64,000 bases of DNA from positions 252,714,001-252,778,000 of the forward strand of contig NC_086097.1 of NCBI RefSeq assembly GCF_963921235.1, written 5' to 3'. Source of the DNA: Mobula hypostoma (lineage: Eukaryota). Position 1 is the stretch's first letter. Every line of letters starts with the position of its first letter. The notes under the pieces are model-generated. The model made no database searches and was not told the origin of the DNA. It was given only the letters and a program-made list of their open reading frames with translations. This document shows, piece after piece, positions 10,443 to 22,255 of the stretch. The position numbers and the translations under genes were made by a program.

Positions 10443-13337
10443 ATGATGGACATCCTGGTGGAGGGGCACAGGACAAGCTGCCTGTTTGACACAGGCAGCA
10501 CGGAGAGTTTTATCCACCCGGCCACGGTGCAGCATTGTGGACTCATGATACGGCCGGTAAGTCAGAGGGTCACCATGGCCTCCGGGTCGCATACAACAGA
10601 CATCCGGGGGGGTTGTGTAGCGACGCTAGTGGTGCAGGGCACAGAATATCGGGACTTTAAGTTACTGGTCTTGCCTCAACTGTGTCCCCCTGTGCTGTTG
10701 GGGTTGGACTTCCAGAGCCACCTGAAAAGCGTGACAATGAAGTATGATGGGCCCCTCCCACCAATTACTGTCATAAATCCCCTGTTTTGTAGAGATATGT
10801 CACGTACCCCGCTACTGACCACACACACACACCGACCCGCGCATCCCACCCAACATCATGCCAACTGCCACACTACCGACACCACTTGCGGCCTCTCCAC
10901 CCTCAGGATCCCTCCCCCACCGCTGTTCGCCAACCTGACCCCTGACTGTAAACCCGTGGCAACTAAAAGCAGGAGGTACAGCGCGGGGGACAGAGCTTTC
11001 ATTAAGTCGGAGGTGCAGCGGCTGCTCAGGGAGGGGGTCATTGAGGCTAGCACAAGTCCTTGGAGGGCGCAGGTGGTGGTTGTTTGGAACGGGGAGAAGA
11101 ATAGGATGGTCGTGGACTACAGCCAGACCATCAATAGGTTCACGCAGCTCGACACGTACCCTCTACCCCGCATCGCGGATATGGTCAATCAGATAGCACA
11201 GTACAAGGTGTACTCGACCATAGATCTAAAATCCGCTTACCATCAGCTCCCCATCCACCAGGAGGTCCGCCCTTACACTACCTTCGAGACGGACGGCAGG
11301 CTTTATCTATTCCTGCGCGTCCCCTTTGGTGTCACGAATGGTGTATCTGTCTTCCAGAGGGCAATGGACCGGATGGTGGACCAGTGCCGACTGAAGGCCA
11401 CGTTCCCGTATCTGGATAACATCACCATCTGCGGTCACGATCAGCAGGATCACGACAACAACCTCCAAAAATTTCTCCAAGCGGCCAAATCTTTCAACCT
11501 CACCTATAACAAGGACAAGTGTGTATTTGGGACCACCCGACTTGCTATCCTTGGGTGTGTTGTGGAGAATGGAGTCATCGGCCCTGACCCCGACCGTATG
11601 TGCTCCCTGTTGGAACTCCCTCTTCCCAATACCCTCAGAGCCCTCAAAAGGTGCCTGGGCTTCTTTTCATATTACGCCCAATGGGTCTCTAACTACGCAG
11701 ACAAGGCCCGCCCCCTGGTCAAGTCCACCACATTCCCCCTCTCTGCCGAGGCCCACGCGGCCTTCAACCGCATAAAAGGGGACATTGCCAAAGCAGCAAT
11801 GCATGTGGTGGACGAGGCCATTCCCTTCCAAGTAGAGAGTGACGCCTCCGACTTTGCGCTGGCTGCTACCCTCAACCAGGCGGGAAGACCAGTGGCGTTC
11901 TTCTCCCGTACCATTCAAGGCCCTGAAATTCGGCACTCTGCGGTAGAGAAAGAGGCCCAGGCCATAGTGGAAGCTATAAGGCACTGGAGGCACTATCTTG
12001 CCGGCAAAAGGTTCACCCTGCTAACTGACCAGCGCTCTGTCGCATTCATTTTAAATAATCAGCAGCGGAGCAAAATCAAAAATGATAAAATTCTGAGGTG
12101 GAGAATCGAACTCTCCACCTACAACTATGACATCATGTACAGGCCTGGGAAGCTCAACGAGCCCTCCGATGCCCTATCCCGGGGAACATGCACCAGCGCG
12201 CAGATTGACCGGCTATACACCCTACATGTAGACCTTTGCCACCCGGGAGTCACCCGGCTTTTCCACTTCGTGAAAGCCCGGAACCTGCCTTACTCCCTTG
12301 AGGAGATCAGGATGATGACCAGGGACTGCCAAGTCTGCGCAGAGTGCAAACCGCACTTCTACCGACCTGAAAAGGCACCACTCATCAAGGCCACCCGCCC
12401 CTTTGAGCGACTGAGTGTTGACTTTAAGGGCACCCTTCCCTCCTCCGACCGCAATGTGTACTTTCTTAATGTAATTGACGAGTACTCGCGGTTCCCCTTC
12501 GCCATCCCCTGCCCCGACACCACTACCACGTCAGTTATAAAAGCCCTGCACAAGCTCTTCACTCTGTTCAGATACCCATGCTATATCCACAGTGACAGAG
12601 GGTCCTCGTTTATGAGTGACGAGCTGCGCCAATATCTACTGGCTAGGGGAATTGGAACCAGTAGGACCACGAGCTATAATCCCCGGGGGAATGAACAGGT
12701 AGAGAAGGAGAATGGCACAGTGTGGAAAGCCACACTCTTAGCCCTCAGGTCAAAGGGACTGCCGGTCTCCCGCTGGCAGGAGGTCCTTCCCGAGGCACTC
12801 CGCTCCATCCGCTCCCTGTTATGCACAGCCACCAATGCCACCCCTCATGAGCGGCCCTTTTCTTTTCCCAGAAAATCAACCACTGGAACCACCCTACCAT
12901 CTTGGCTGATGTCCCCGGGGCCAGTGCTGCTCCGGAAACATGCGAGGAGCAATAAATACTCCCCGATAGTCGAGAGGGTTCACTTACTTCATGCGAACCC
13001 CCAGTATGCCTACGTGGTTTTACCTGATGGGCTGGAGGACACGGTCTCCATCCGCGACCTGGCGCCCGCAGGAGCTCTGGGCCCCTACCCTGAACACTCC
13101 GTGGTGACTATTGACCCCGTACCCACCAATGTATGTACCTACGAGACACCGTGCACTCCAAACCCTATACAGACACCACACGACACTCCCATACCGGGCG
13201 CGACGCACACGCACGAGGGATTACCGACGCCTAACGTGCTGGCACCTGAAGTCAGGCCGGAGCCAGCACAACCGCCATCGCCGGTGCTACGTAGATCACA
13301 GCGACGGACTCGACCGCCTGATAGACTTAACCTGTAA
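10443..13337 (+). CDS. pol: Gypsy Pol: aspartic protease, RT, RNase H, integrase; no chromodomain seen
   Basis: LFDTGS protease; IDLKSAYHQ, PFG and YLDN RT motifs; DASD/EKE/TD/DALSR RNase H; HHCC zinc finger; VDF, HSDRG, VEKEN integrase core. Confidence 0.96.
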   Translation: MMDILVEGHRTSCLFDTGSTESFIHPATVQHCGLMIRPVSQRVTMASGSHTTDIRGGCVATLVVQGTEYRDFKLLVLPQLCPPVLLGLDFQSHLKSVTMKYDGPLPPITVINPLFCRDMSRTPLLTTHTHRPAHPTQHHANCHTTDTTCGLSTLRIPPPPLFANLTPDCKPVATKSRRYSAGDRAFIKSEVQRLLREGVIEASTSPWRAQVVVVWNGEKNRMVVDYSQTINRFTQLDTYPLPRIADMVNQIAQYKVYSTIDLKSAYHQLPIHQEVRPYTTFETDGRLYLFLRVPFGVTNGVSVFQRAMDRMVDQCRLKATFPYLDNITICGHDQQDHDNNLQKFLQAAKSFNLTYNKDKCVFGTTRLAILGCVVENGVIGPDPDRMCSLLELPLPNTLRALKRCLGFFSYYAQWVSNYADKARPLVKSTTFPLSAEAHAAFNRIKGDIAKAAMHVVDEAIPFQVESDASDFALAATLNQAGRPVAFFSRTIQGPEIRHSAVEKEAQAIVEAIRHWRHYLAGKRFTLLTDQRSVAFILNNQQRSKIKNDKILRWRIELSTYNYDIMYRPGKLNEPSDALSRGTCTSAQIDRLYTLHVDLCHPGVTRLFHFVKARNLPYSLEEIRMMTRDCQVCAECKPHFYRPEKAPLIKATRPFERLSVDFKGTLPSSDRNVYFLNVIDEYSRFPFAIPCPDTTTTSVIKALHKLFTLFRYPCYIHSDRGSSFMSDELRQYLLARGIGTSRTTSYNPRGNEQVEKENGTVWKATLLALRSKGLPVSRWQEVLPEALRSIRSLLCTATNATPHERPFSFPRKSTTGTTLPSWLMSPGPVLLRKHARSNKYSPIVERVHLLHANPQYAYVVLPDGLEDTVSIRDLAPAGALGPYPEHSVVTIDPVPTNVCTYETPCTPNPIQTPHDTPIPGATHTHEGLPTPNVLAPEVRPEPAQPPSPVLRRSQRRTRPPDRLNL

Positions 13338-13406
13338 ATATACTTCTTGTAAATATTGTCAGTCACTTCACCTCGCGGGACTCTTTTTAAAAAAAGGAGG
13401 GGTGAA

Positions 13407-13635
13407 TGTGGTAAACCATGTATATATGTTGTAACTGGGTTACCTGTCTGGACACACCCCTCTGCTGACTGCCCCTGTGGCTCCTCCCACAGAGTCCTGT
13501 ATAAAGGTGTTCGCCTTGCCCCTCCCCCTCAGTCCGGGGGCAGACACTCACTGTGGAGGTCGTATTGTACAGCGAATAAAAGCCTTTCAGTATTTTACCA
13601 AACCTCAGTCTTTTGGAGTAATTGAAGGTGCTTCA
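13407..13635 (+). repeat. 3' LTR
   Basis: Preceded by PPT AAAAAAAGGAGGGGTGAA and followed by TSD CCTGG. Confidence 0.97.
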
Positions 13636-14869
13636 CCTGGCTCTTAAATCATCTAAATAGCGGGTTGTTCTTTGATTTCAGAATTGGACCGTGCCGTTTC
13701 GATACACTCTCAGACCCGGGCCCGTATCGTCTGAGTGTGACTGCACTTGGAATGTGCAATTGCACAGATATAACTGGATTCCATTGGCATTGTCATCACT
13801 ACAGTTAATATTTGGTCCTCAGAATGAAATATCATGAAAGTGAATGTAAGCAACATGGAGATGATGAGTTTTGCCACCTCATGTACACGTTAGTGATCTA
13901 TTATAGTTGTAACCCTCTCACTGTGGCTCGTAATAAACTCAGCTCGTTGGCTATCACTGGGTAACAGCCACGTGCCTCAGCATTACATGGGTAATGGTGA
14001 AAAGGCCAAGTTCTACAAACAACACGTCGAGGGTTAATATGATTCAGGTTCTACTAAACAGGAAAGTTGTTATTTTCCATTGAGGGAATGAAAATTATGG
14101 TGAATGCTATGCAAATACTGCTCCACGCAAACAGGAAAAAAACAGAACTTACACCAGCATAAAATGGAAGTACGTTTACAAATATTTCAACTTTAGCAAA
14201 CAGCTCAGAAAAAGGGGGCCCATTACACTTAAACCAGTCTATAATGTACATATAAACGTTGGAGCCGATTGCTGGGTAGTCGGTAGTCAGGTGCTTCGCT
14301 TTAATTATTCATGGCACTGAACCCATGTTCCGTGTGAAAAGTTTGAACTTCTCTCGAAGTACATTCGGAACAAACTGGCTATCTCAGCAATACTGGCATT
14401 TCCTCTGTGAAACCATTTGTCTGCACAGAGCTCTTCTTACACTGGTGTCTCTCCTTCAGGTGGAGTTCCGCAAATGTCTTTCCTTCTTCTTCTCCCAACG
14501 CCTGCCAAAAAGACCCAAAAGCAACCCACTGTCTCCATCCAGCTCTCTCCAATGTTCCATTGCATCCCATCGGGCAGAATATTATTAAGACAAACCCGAC
14601 TGGTGCACATGACATTCCGAAATTGGTCAAATGACTCCTTATCTTCGCAGAAGCCAAAATACTGGACTGTGAATCTTAATTAACAGAACACACTGAGTTT
14701 TACAGAAAAGCTGCAGAAAATAAAATATACAGCAGCATGTCAATTGTAACACAATAACCACATTCTTAACTAGGGCATTACACACTCCTAAGACGATGAA
14801 AGGGACATTTCTCCCCCATATCTTTTATATGATGAGAAATCCAATATTAAAGAACAGAAAAAAAATCAC

Positions 14870-15150
14870 AGTAACGACAGTTAGCATAACACTGTTACAT
14901 CGCTAGCTATCATTGACTGGGGTTTAATCCCTGCCCTGTCTGTAAGGAGTTTGTACATTTTCCTGTGACCACATGGGTTTCCTCTGGGTGCTCTAGTTTC
15001 CTCCCAGTCTAAAGATTTACGGCTTAATGTTATTAAGTTATGGGCTTGCTATATTGGTGCCAGAAGCGTGGTGATACCAGCATAATCTTCAGATAAAACG
15101 ACACATTTCACTGTATGTTTCGACGTACATGTGACAAATAAAGCTGAAGC
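14870..15150 (+). mobile_element. tRNA-derived SINE (HE1/V-SINE-like)
   Basis: GGGTTTCCTCTGGGTGCTCTAGTTTCCTCCC core; related copies at about 16395-16475, 20100-20330, 31505-31810 and 57945-58075. Confidence 0.7.
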
Positions 15151-15704
15151 CCCCTCACCGGGCTCTAATGGAAACTTGGCTCATTTCCTGCCCCGCTAAT
15201 AGCCACGGGACTCAGCGGTGAGGAGGCCACATTTCATAATCAGTAGGCGTCTACGGTCAACCAAACAGGAATGTTGTGATGTTCCAATTAAAGAAACTCC
15301 AATTTGAGTGAATGTTCCTTAAATATTCCCCATACACAATAGGTGGGTGGCAAGAAATAACAAATTGTACATTGCATAAAATAATAAAGAAAGTATATTT
15401 ACAGATTTCAGCTTTACCAAACAGTTAGTGGGAAAAAGAAATGTTAAAAGCGGGCCCATTACAGTTAACATATCCAAATGTGCACATAACATTGGAGCTC
15501 ATCTTGATGTTGCTTTTTCACTTATGTAATGGGCCCACGGTCTGTGCGAAATCACACACACCGTATTCCAAACATTGCTTGAAATCCTGCTTGAACAAAT
15601 GGGCACTCTAATTGGGTGTATTAGCCCTTCCTCCTTTGAGCTATTCATCCACACAAAGCACCTCTGTCAAGTCACCTCTCATCCTCCGTCACTCCAAGGA
15701 GAAA

Positions 15705-16140
15705 TTATAATGGTAGACCAGAAATTCCATGGAACCAGGCGAATGAGGATGGTTGCTGATGTTTCCAGTCGTGGCTATCTCTCGAGGTCGAAGACGCCTG
15801 GGCGTGTATTTGTTTAACGTGTACTTGATGTTTCACTCCAAGAAGCACACGATACTTCACAAATCAACCAACTGATTCTAATGGCATGGAAACCACGACG
15901 ATTGGAGCTGATGGATTTGTTGCAGCCTTCATCCGCCTTCACAGCCGTTGAGTTCGAAGTAACTTCGTCCGCCTGTTCCACCGTTGAGGTCTTGGTTGGA
16001 TTGTTCTTCGTCAGGGACCTCACCCTCGACCTTACCGTCATGGGTGACCCTACCAGGAGCATAGCTCCAGACGGCATTGCTCTCGGGATCTCAGGACCGC
16101 ACAAGCCTTTCCACCACGACAAGGTGACAATCCACGGAGA
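15705..16140 (-). mobile_element. RTE-family 5' leader or non-autonomous derivative
   Basis: Minus strand reads TCACCTTGTCGTGGTGGAAAGGCTTG...CTCCTGGTAGGGTCACCCATG, resembling RTE (BovB/Expander) 5' ends; homologous to 33328-33460. Confidence 0.65.
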
Positions 16141-17462
16141 AGTCCATCCACTGTTTCCAGTGTGATGGTCACCATGCTGGTGCAACTCATACGCAGGGAC
16201 CCACCGTTGGTGATTACCACTGGCAGGTAGAACCATTTCCGTTCCCTGACACTTGCAGGCTGCTCTCGCTGGGCTGATCTGGCACAAACACACGCTTCAC
16301 TGTATGTTTTAATGTACATATGACAAATAAAGCTAATAAAGAAAATCTTTTAAAATAATCCATCTGTGAGCTAAGGAGGGTGGTAATGGATCAGCATGGT
16401 ATGGTAGTGCAGTAGTGGGCATAACACTTTACAGCGCTAGGTTCGATTCCTGCTGCTGTTGGTAAGGAGTTGGTTCAGTTTAGAATAGAATAGAATTGAA
16501 CTTTATTGTTGCTCCTCAGATTGCAGTGCTACTCCAGTCAATGTAAAACAGATATTTACAATTCTTCTGGTATGGCTTAATTTTTAAAAAATCCCATATT
16601 TACATGCAACAAGGGACTTTGATAGTCCATAACACTGAAAGACCGTTGTCAAGCTGGGGTGTAGTATAGCTACACAACCACCCTCGGGAAGAAGCTGCTC
16701 TTTAGTCTGCAGAAGGAACTCAGCAGGCCAGGCAGCATCTATGGAAAGGAGTTGACATCTGACGTTTCAGGCCGAGTCCCTTCGTTAGGACTCCTGAGTT
16801 CCTCCAGCATTTTGTGTGTGTTGTTTGGATTGCCAACACCTGCAGATTTTCTATTTCCAGCTTTATTGTCTTGGGTAAGATGTTTCTGTATCTCCTTCCA
16901 GATGGCAGGAGATTGAACAGACAATGTCCAGGATAGGATGGGTCTTTAATGATGCCGCATGGGTTAACAGGTCACATGGGTGTAATTGAGCAGCTTGAGT
17001 TCTTTGTTCTGGAAGGCCTGTTACCGTGTTGTATCTCTAAACAAAATAAATGTAATCACTTTTCTCATACACATTTTAATTTAATCAATAGATCATAGTG
17101 ACCAGTGCTAAAATAACTTGAGTCAACTCGTTCCCACAAGCCGAACTTAACACCACCTCCGAGGCATTGCACTTGGCTGAAGAGTAATGAAACTCATTAA
17201 TAAATGCGCCTAATGAGAGGCTCTGCTTATAAAATTATATGCCCTTATGTAGGAAAATAATGGATATACACAAAAGGACTATCATGTTGTCTTGTGTAGG
17301 AAATGAAACATGCACTCATTGGCCACTTTATTAGCTTCCTCCTGAGTGTATGTTCGTGGTCTTTTCTTTCTGTAGCCCATCCACTTCAAGGTTCAACGCG
17401 TTGTGTGTTCAGAGATGATCTTCTACACACCACTGTTGTAAGATGTGGTTATTTGAGATACT

Positions 17463-17599
17463 CGAGCAACACACATCAAAGTTGCTGGTGAACGCAGCAG
17501 GCCAGGCAGCATCTATAGGAAGAGGCGCAGTCGACGTTTCAGGCCGAGACCCTTCGTCAGGACTAACTGAAGGAAGAGTGAGTAAGGGATTTGAATTTT
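17463..17599 (-). mobile_element. Short Penelope terminal fragment inserted in the Tc1 remnant
   Basis: 14-bp TSD TTATTTGAGATACT at 17449-17462 and 17600-17613; matches the Penelope end at 38390-38515. Confidence 0.85.
17528..17569 (-). ncRNA. Minimal type I hammerhead ribozyme (Penelope-type), intact core
   Basis: Minus strand reads CAGTTAGTC-CTGACGA-A-GGG-TCTCGG-CCT-GAAA-C-GTC-GACTG. Confidence 0.8.
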
Positions 17600-17909
17600 T
17601 TATTTGAGATACTGTTGCCTTCCTGTCAGCTTGAACCAGTCTGGCCATTCTCCTCTGACCTCTCTCATTATTAATAAGGCATTTTTCCTACAGAACTACC
17701 ACTGCTTACTCAATGTTTTTTGTTTTCTTGCACCATTCTCTTTAAACTCTGGAGATCGTTGTGAATGAAAATCCCAGGAGATCAGCAGATTCTGAGATAC
17801 TCAAACCATCCCATCTGGCACCAACAATCATTCCATGGTCAAAGTCACTTAGATCACATTTCTTCCCCATTCTAAAGATCGGTCTGAGCAACAACTGAAT
17901 CTTTTGATT

Positions 17910-18970
17910 CATTTGGAAGGTGTGTGATAATTTCCTCATGGTAAGTCATTCAGGAAATCAGGATGTATCTAGGGAAACGGATTCCGAACTGGCTTGTTCA
18001 CAGAAGGCAGAGGGTGGTAGCAGTTGGAGCATATTCTGCCTGGAGTTCGGTGACCAGTGGTGTTCTGCAGGGATCTGCTGTAGGAGCCTGTCCTTTGCGA
18101 GACTTTTATAAATGACAGATGAGGAAGTGGAAGGGTGGGTTAGTAAGTTTATAGATGACATGAAAGTTGGCGAAGTTTTGGTTTGTGTAGAAAGTTGTTG
18201 TAGGATACAAAGAGACATTGAGCGGAGCTGGGCTGAGAAGTGGCAGATACAGTTTATCCAGAAAGTTGTGAAGTGATTCACTTTGGAAAGTGGAACTTGA
18301 AGGCAGAGTACAGGGTTAATGGCAGGATTCTTATCAATGTGGAGGAACAGAGGGATCTCGGAGTAAACATCCACAGATCCCTCAAAGCTAGCATTCAATT
18401 TGATAGGCTGGTTAAGGAGGAGTATGGTGTGTTGGACCACACTTAAGATATTGTGTTCAGTTCTGGTTGTCTCATTATAAAAAGGATGTGGAAGCTTTAG
18501 GGAGGGTGTGGAGGAGGTTTACTGGGATGCTGCCTGGATTAGAGAGCATGTCTTATGAGGGTAGGTTGAGTGAGCTAGGGCTTTTCTCTTTGAAGTCAAG
18601 GAGGATGTGAGGTGACTTGATCAAGGTGTACAAGATGCTAAGAGGCATAGATAGAATGGATAGAGCATAGAGCTTAGAACAGTACACAGGAAATAGTTCT
18701 TTTGTCCACAAAAACCCTGAGTGGAAATCACTAAAAAGTCGAGTGGACAGCCAGAGACTTTTTCCCAGGGTGAAAATGGCTAATACGAGCGGACATAATT
18801 TTAAGTGACTGGAGGAACGTATCGGGTGGGGGTGGGGTTGGGAATGTCAGGCATGTTTTTATTTTACACAGAGTGTTGGATGCATGGAACTCTCAGTTTG
18901 TGGTGGTGCTAGAGGCAGATACATTAGGGACATTTAAGAAACTCTTAGATAGACACACGGGTGACAGGAA
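17910..18970 (+). mobile_element. CR1 LINE fragment, degraded
   Basis: CEVIHFG...EEQRDLGV and EADTLGTFKKLLD motifs. Confidence 0.85.
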
Positions 18971-18974
18971 AATA

Positions 18975-20090
18975 CTTTACTTTATTGTCGCCAAACAATT
19001 GATACTAAAGCATACAATCATCAGACCGATATTTGATTCTGCGCTTTGCGCTCCCTGGAGTACAAATCAATAGTAAATATTAAAAATTTAAATTATAAAT
19101 CATAAATAGAAAATAGAAAAGGGAAAGTAAGGTAGTGCAAAAAAACCGAGAGGCAGGTCCGGATATTTGGAGGGTATGGCCCAGATCCGGGTCAGGATCC
19201 GTTCAGCAGTCTTATCACAGTTGGAAAGAAGCTGTTCCCAAATCTGGCCGTACGAGTCTTCAAGCTCCTGAGCCTTCTCCCGGAGGGAAGAGGGACGAAA
19301 AGTGTGTTGGTTGGGCGGGTCGTGTCCTTGATTATCCTGGCAGCATTGCTCCAATAGCGTGCAGTGTAAAGTGAGTCCGAAGATTGGTTTGTGTGATGAG
19401 CTGGGCTGTATTCATGATCTTCTGCAGCTTCTTTCGGTCTTGGACAGGACAATTTCCATACCAGGTTGTGATGCACCCTAGAAGAATGCTTTCTACGGTG
19501 CATCTATAAAGATTAGTGAGGGTTTTAGGGGACAGGCCAAATTTCTTTAGTTTTCTCAGGAAGTAAAGGTGCTGGTGGGCCTTCTTGGCAATAGACTCTG
19601 CTTGGTTGGACCCAGTCAGGTCATTTGTGATATTGACCCCGAGGAACTTAAAGCTTCTGACCTGTTCCACCTGCGCACCATCGATGTAGAAGGGATCGTG
19701 TGGTCTGCTACTCCTTCTGAAGTCAACAACCAATTCCTTCATCTTGCTGACGTTGAGGGATAAGTTATTGTCTTCGCACCATACCACCAGGTTCTTAATT
19801 TCCTCTCCGTACTCAAACTCATCATTACCCGAGATACGGCCTACAATTGTGTTGTCATCAGCAAACCTATATATTGAGTTCGATGGAAACCTGGCTACAC
19901 AATCATGGGTGTACAGTGAGTACAGCAGGGGGCTGAGTACACATCCTTGTGGGGCACTGGTGCTCAGAGTGATTGTAGAGGAGAGCTTGTCCCCTATTTT
20001 TACAGCCTGGGTCCTGTCTGTGAGGAAGTTGAAGATCCAGCTGCAGATCTGAGTGCTAAGGCCCAGGTTCCGGAGCTTAGGAATTTACAG
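18975..20090 (-). mobile_element. Rex1/Babar LINE 3' portion
   Basis: [59 protein letters not shown]. Confidence 0.9.
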
Positions 20091-21294
20091 GAGCTTACAG
20101 ACTTCCCCTGTAAGAGTGTGTCTGTCCTTCCCGTGACAATGTGGGTTTCCTCTGGGTACTCCAGTTACCACACACATTCCAAAGACATACCTGTAAGTAG
20201 GTTACAGTAATTGGTCATTGTAAATTGTGCTGGGATTAAGCTAGGGTTAAATAGGCAGGATGCCTCGTAGCACAACTCCGTGAGCCGATGGGCCTGTTGC
20301 ACACCGTACCTCTGAATAGATAAATAAATGAAAATTAATAACATCTGTGGATAAGCACGGGTGCAAAGTTAACAGAGGTCAAGGACATGGGGTGACGAAG
20401 ATGGAGAAATTTTGATGATTAATATTGTTTCAAATCCTCAAGTCCTAAAGGGAATAATGATAAATTTTGCTTGAAGCAGTCAAGATAGCGCCAGGGAACA
20501 ATACTACCTCAGAGGACGTCATGCAGATGGTCCACGAAACAATTACTTCCACTTCTTCTGAGTCTTCTTTTTCTTTTGAATGTGGTTCTGGTACTGTTGG
20601 AGCCTGAGATCTACAGTTAATGGCGTGTTTTCGGGCCAGTTGAGCAATCTGGCCCTTTGCTGTCTCTGAGTGGATTGCCGGTGAGCGGCTTTGAGACAAA
20701 GAAGCCAGACAGCACAGGAAGTGAGCTCGTAATTGACTCCATTTCTCACCAATCTCTGCTGATTAGAGCATCCAGAAAGACTGAGACATTGAAGCGAGTG
20801 TGAAGGTGATTGGGTGTTCAGCACTGTCTACCCAGCCCCTCACTCGCTGCGGCTGGTGGAAGGTGTCTGTGTGTGACGGTCTCACTCTCCCTCCCTCGCT
20901 CTCTGCTCCTGAGGGAAGGCCCCTGCTGTCCAATAGTCTCTCTCTTCCTCAATGCTGTCAGAGGATGGTACCAAAGTCTGGGTCTGTGGTTTGTGGACTG
21001 GACTGTAGTTCCATAAGACTCTTTCAGTTTTGTGCTTTTATATTCTGTGTTTTTGCTTGTTCTTTCTTGTTGTCATTTGTACAATTTTTTTTTGTGCATG
21101 GGGGGTGTTGTTTGATGGTCTTGTTACCTTTTGTGCGATTTGTTTTTTTACACATGGGGGGAGTTTGGTGTTTTTCTTTGAATGGGTTCCATGTTTTTTT
21201 TGTTTTGTGACTGTCTGTGGGGAAGACAAATCTCAGGGTTCTATACTGCATACATACATCAATAATGAATGTACTTTGAACGTTAAATAATAAA

Positions 21295-22255
21295 CAGATA
21301 TTAAAAGGCCTCAACAGAGTGGCTGTGGAGAGGATGTTTCCTATGGTGGGGTAGACTGGGACCGGAAGGATACTCACTTAGAACAGAGATGTGAAGGAAT
21401 TTCTTTAGGCAGAGAGTGGTGAATCTGTGGAATTCGTTGCTACAGACGGCTGTGGAGGCCGAGTGATTGGGTATACTTAGAAACATAGAAACATAGAAAA
21501 CCTACAGCACAATACAGGCCCTTCGGCCCACAAAGTTGTGCCGAACATGTCCCTACCTTAGAAAGTACTAGGCTGACCCATAGCCCTCTATTTTACTAAG
21601 CTCCATGTACCTATCGAAAAGTCCCTTAAAAGACCCTATCGTATCCGCCTCCACCACCGTTACCGGCAGCCCATTCCACACACTCACCACTCTCTGAGTA
21701 AAAAACATACCCCTGACATCTCCTCTGTACCTACTCCCCAGCACCTTAAACCTGTGACTTCTTGTGGCAACAATTTCAGCCCTAGGAAAAAGCCTCTGAC
21801 TATCCACACAATCAATGCCTCTCATCATCTTATACACCTCTATCAGGTCACCTCTCATCCTCCGTCGCTCCAAGGAGAAAAGGCCGAGTTCACTCAACCT
21901 ATTCTCACAAGGCATGCTCCCCAGTCCAGGCAACATCCTTGTAAATCTCCTCTGCACCCTTTCTATGGTTTCCACGTCCTTCCTGTAGTGAGGCGACCAG
22001 AACTGAGCACAGTACTCCAAGTGGAGGCTGACCAGGGTCCTATAGAGCTGCAACATTACCTCTCAGCTCCTAAATTCAATTCCACTTAAAGTGGAGGTTG
22101 ATAGGCTCTTGGTCAGGCAGAATATCAAAGATTATGGGGAGAGGACAGGAGAATGGGGTTGAGAGGGTTAATAAATCAACCGTGATCAAATGGCAGAGCA
22201 GACTCGATGGGCCAAATGGCCTAATTCTATTCCTATCTCTTATGGTCTTATAGAT
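21295..22255. mobile_element. CR1 3' end (plus) interrupted by a younger CR1 (minus, 21480-22083)
   Basis: ORF 21568-22056 is a CR1 C-terminus; TSD ACTTA; (CTATGTTT)n tail. Confidence 0.9.

Larger units (their letters stand above)
9186..13635 (+). mobile_element. Full-length Ty3/Gypsy LTR retrotransposon
   Basis: Two 229-bp TG...CA LTRs; 5-bp TSD CCTGG at 9181-9185 and 13636-13640; PPT at 13389-13406; gag followed by PR-RT-RH-IN. Confidence 0.98.
17330..17905 (-). mobile_element. Tc1/mariner-type DNA transposon remnant
   Basis: MGKKCDLSDFDHGMIVGARWDGLSISESADLLGFS transposase N-terminal HTH; terminus CACTCATTGGCCACTTTATTAG. Confidence 0.8.

Noticed and set aside
9186..13635. Endogenous retrovirus with env
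   Set aside because: Pol ends about 70 bp before the 3' LTR, leaving no room for env; motifs are Ty3/Gypsy-like
14325..14683. Assigning a named host gene to the overlapping short ORFs
   Set aside because: No recognisable domain in any frame
20445..20824. Minus-strand ORFs as host exons
   Set aside because: No recognisable homology or convincing splice-site pair; flanked by repeat 3' UTR sequence
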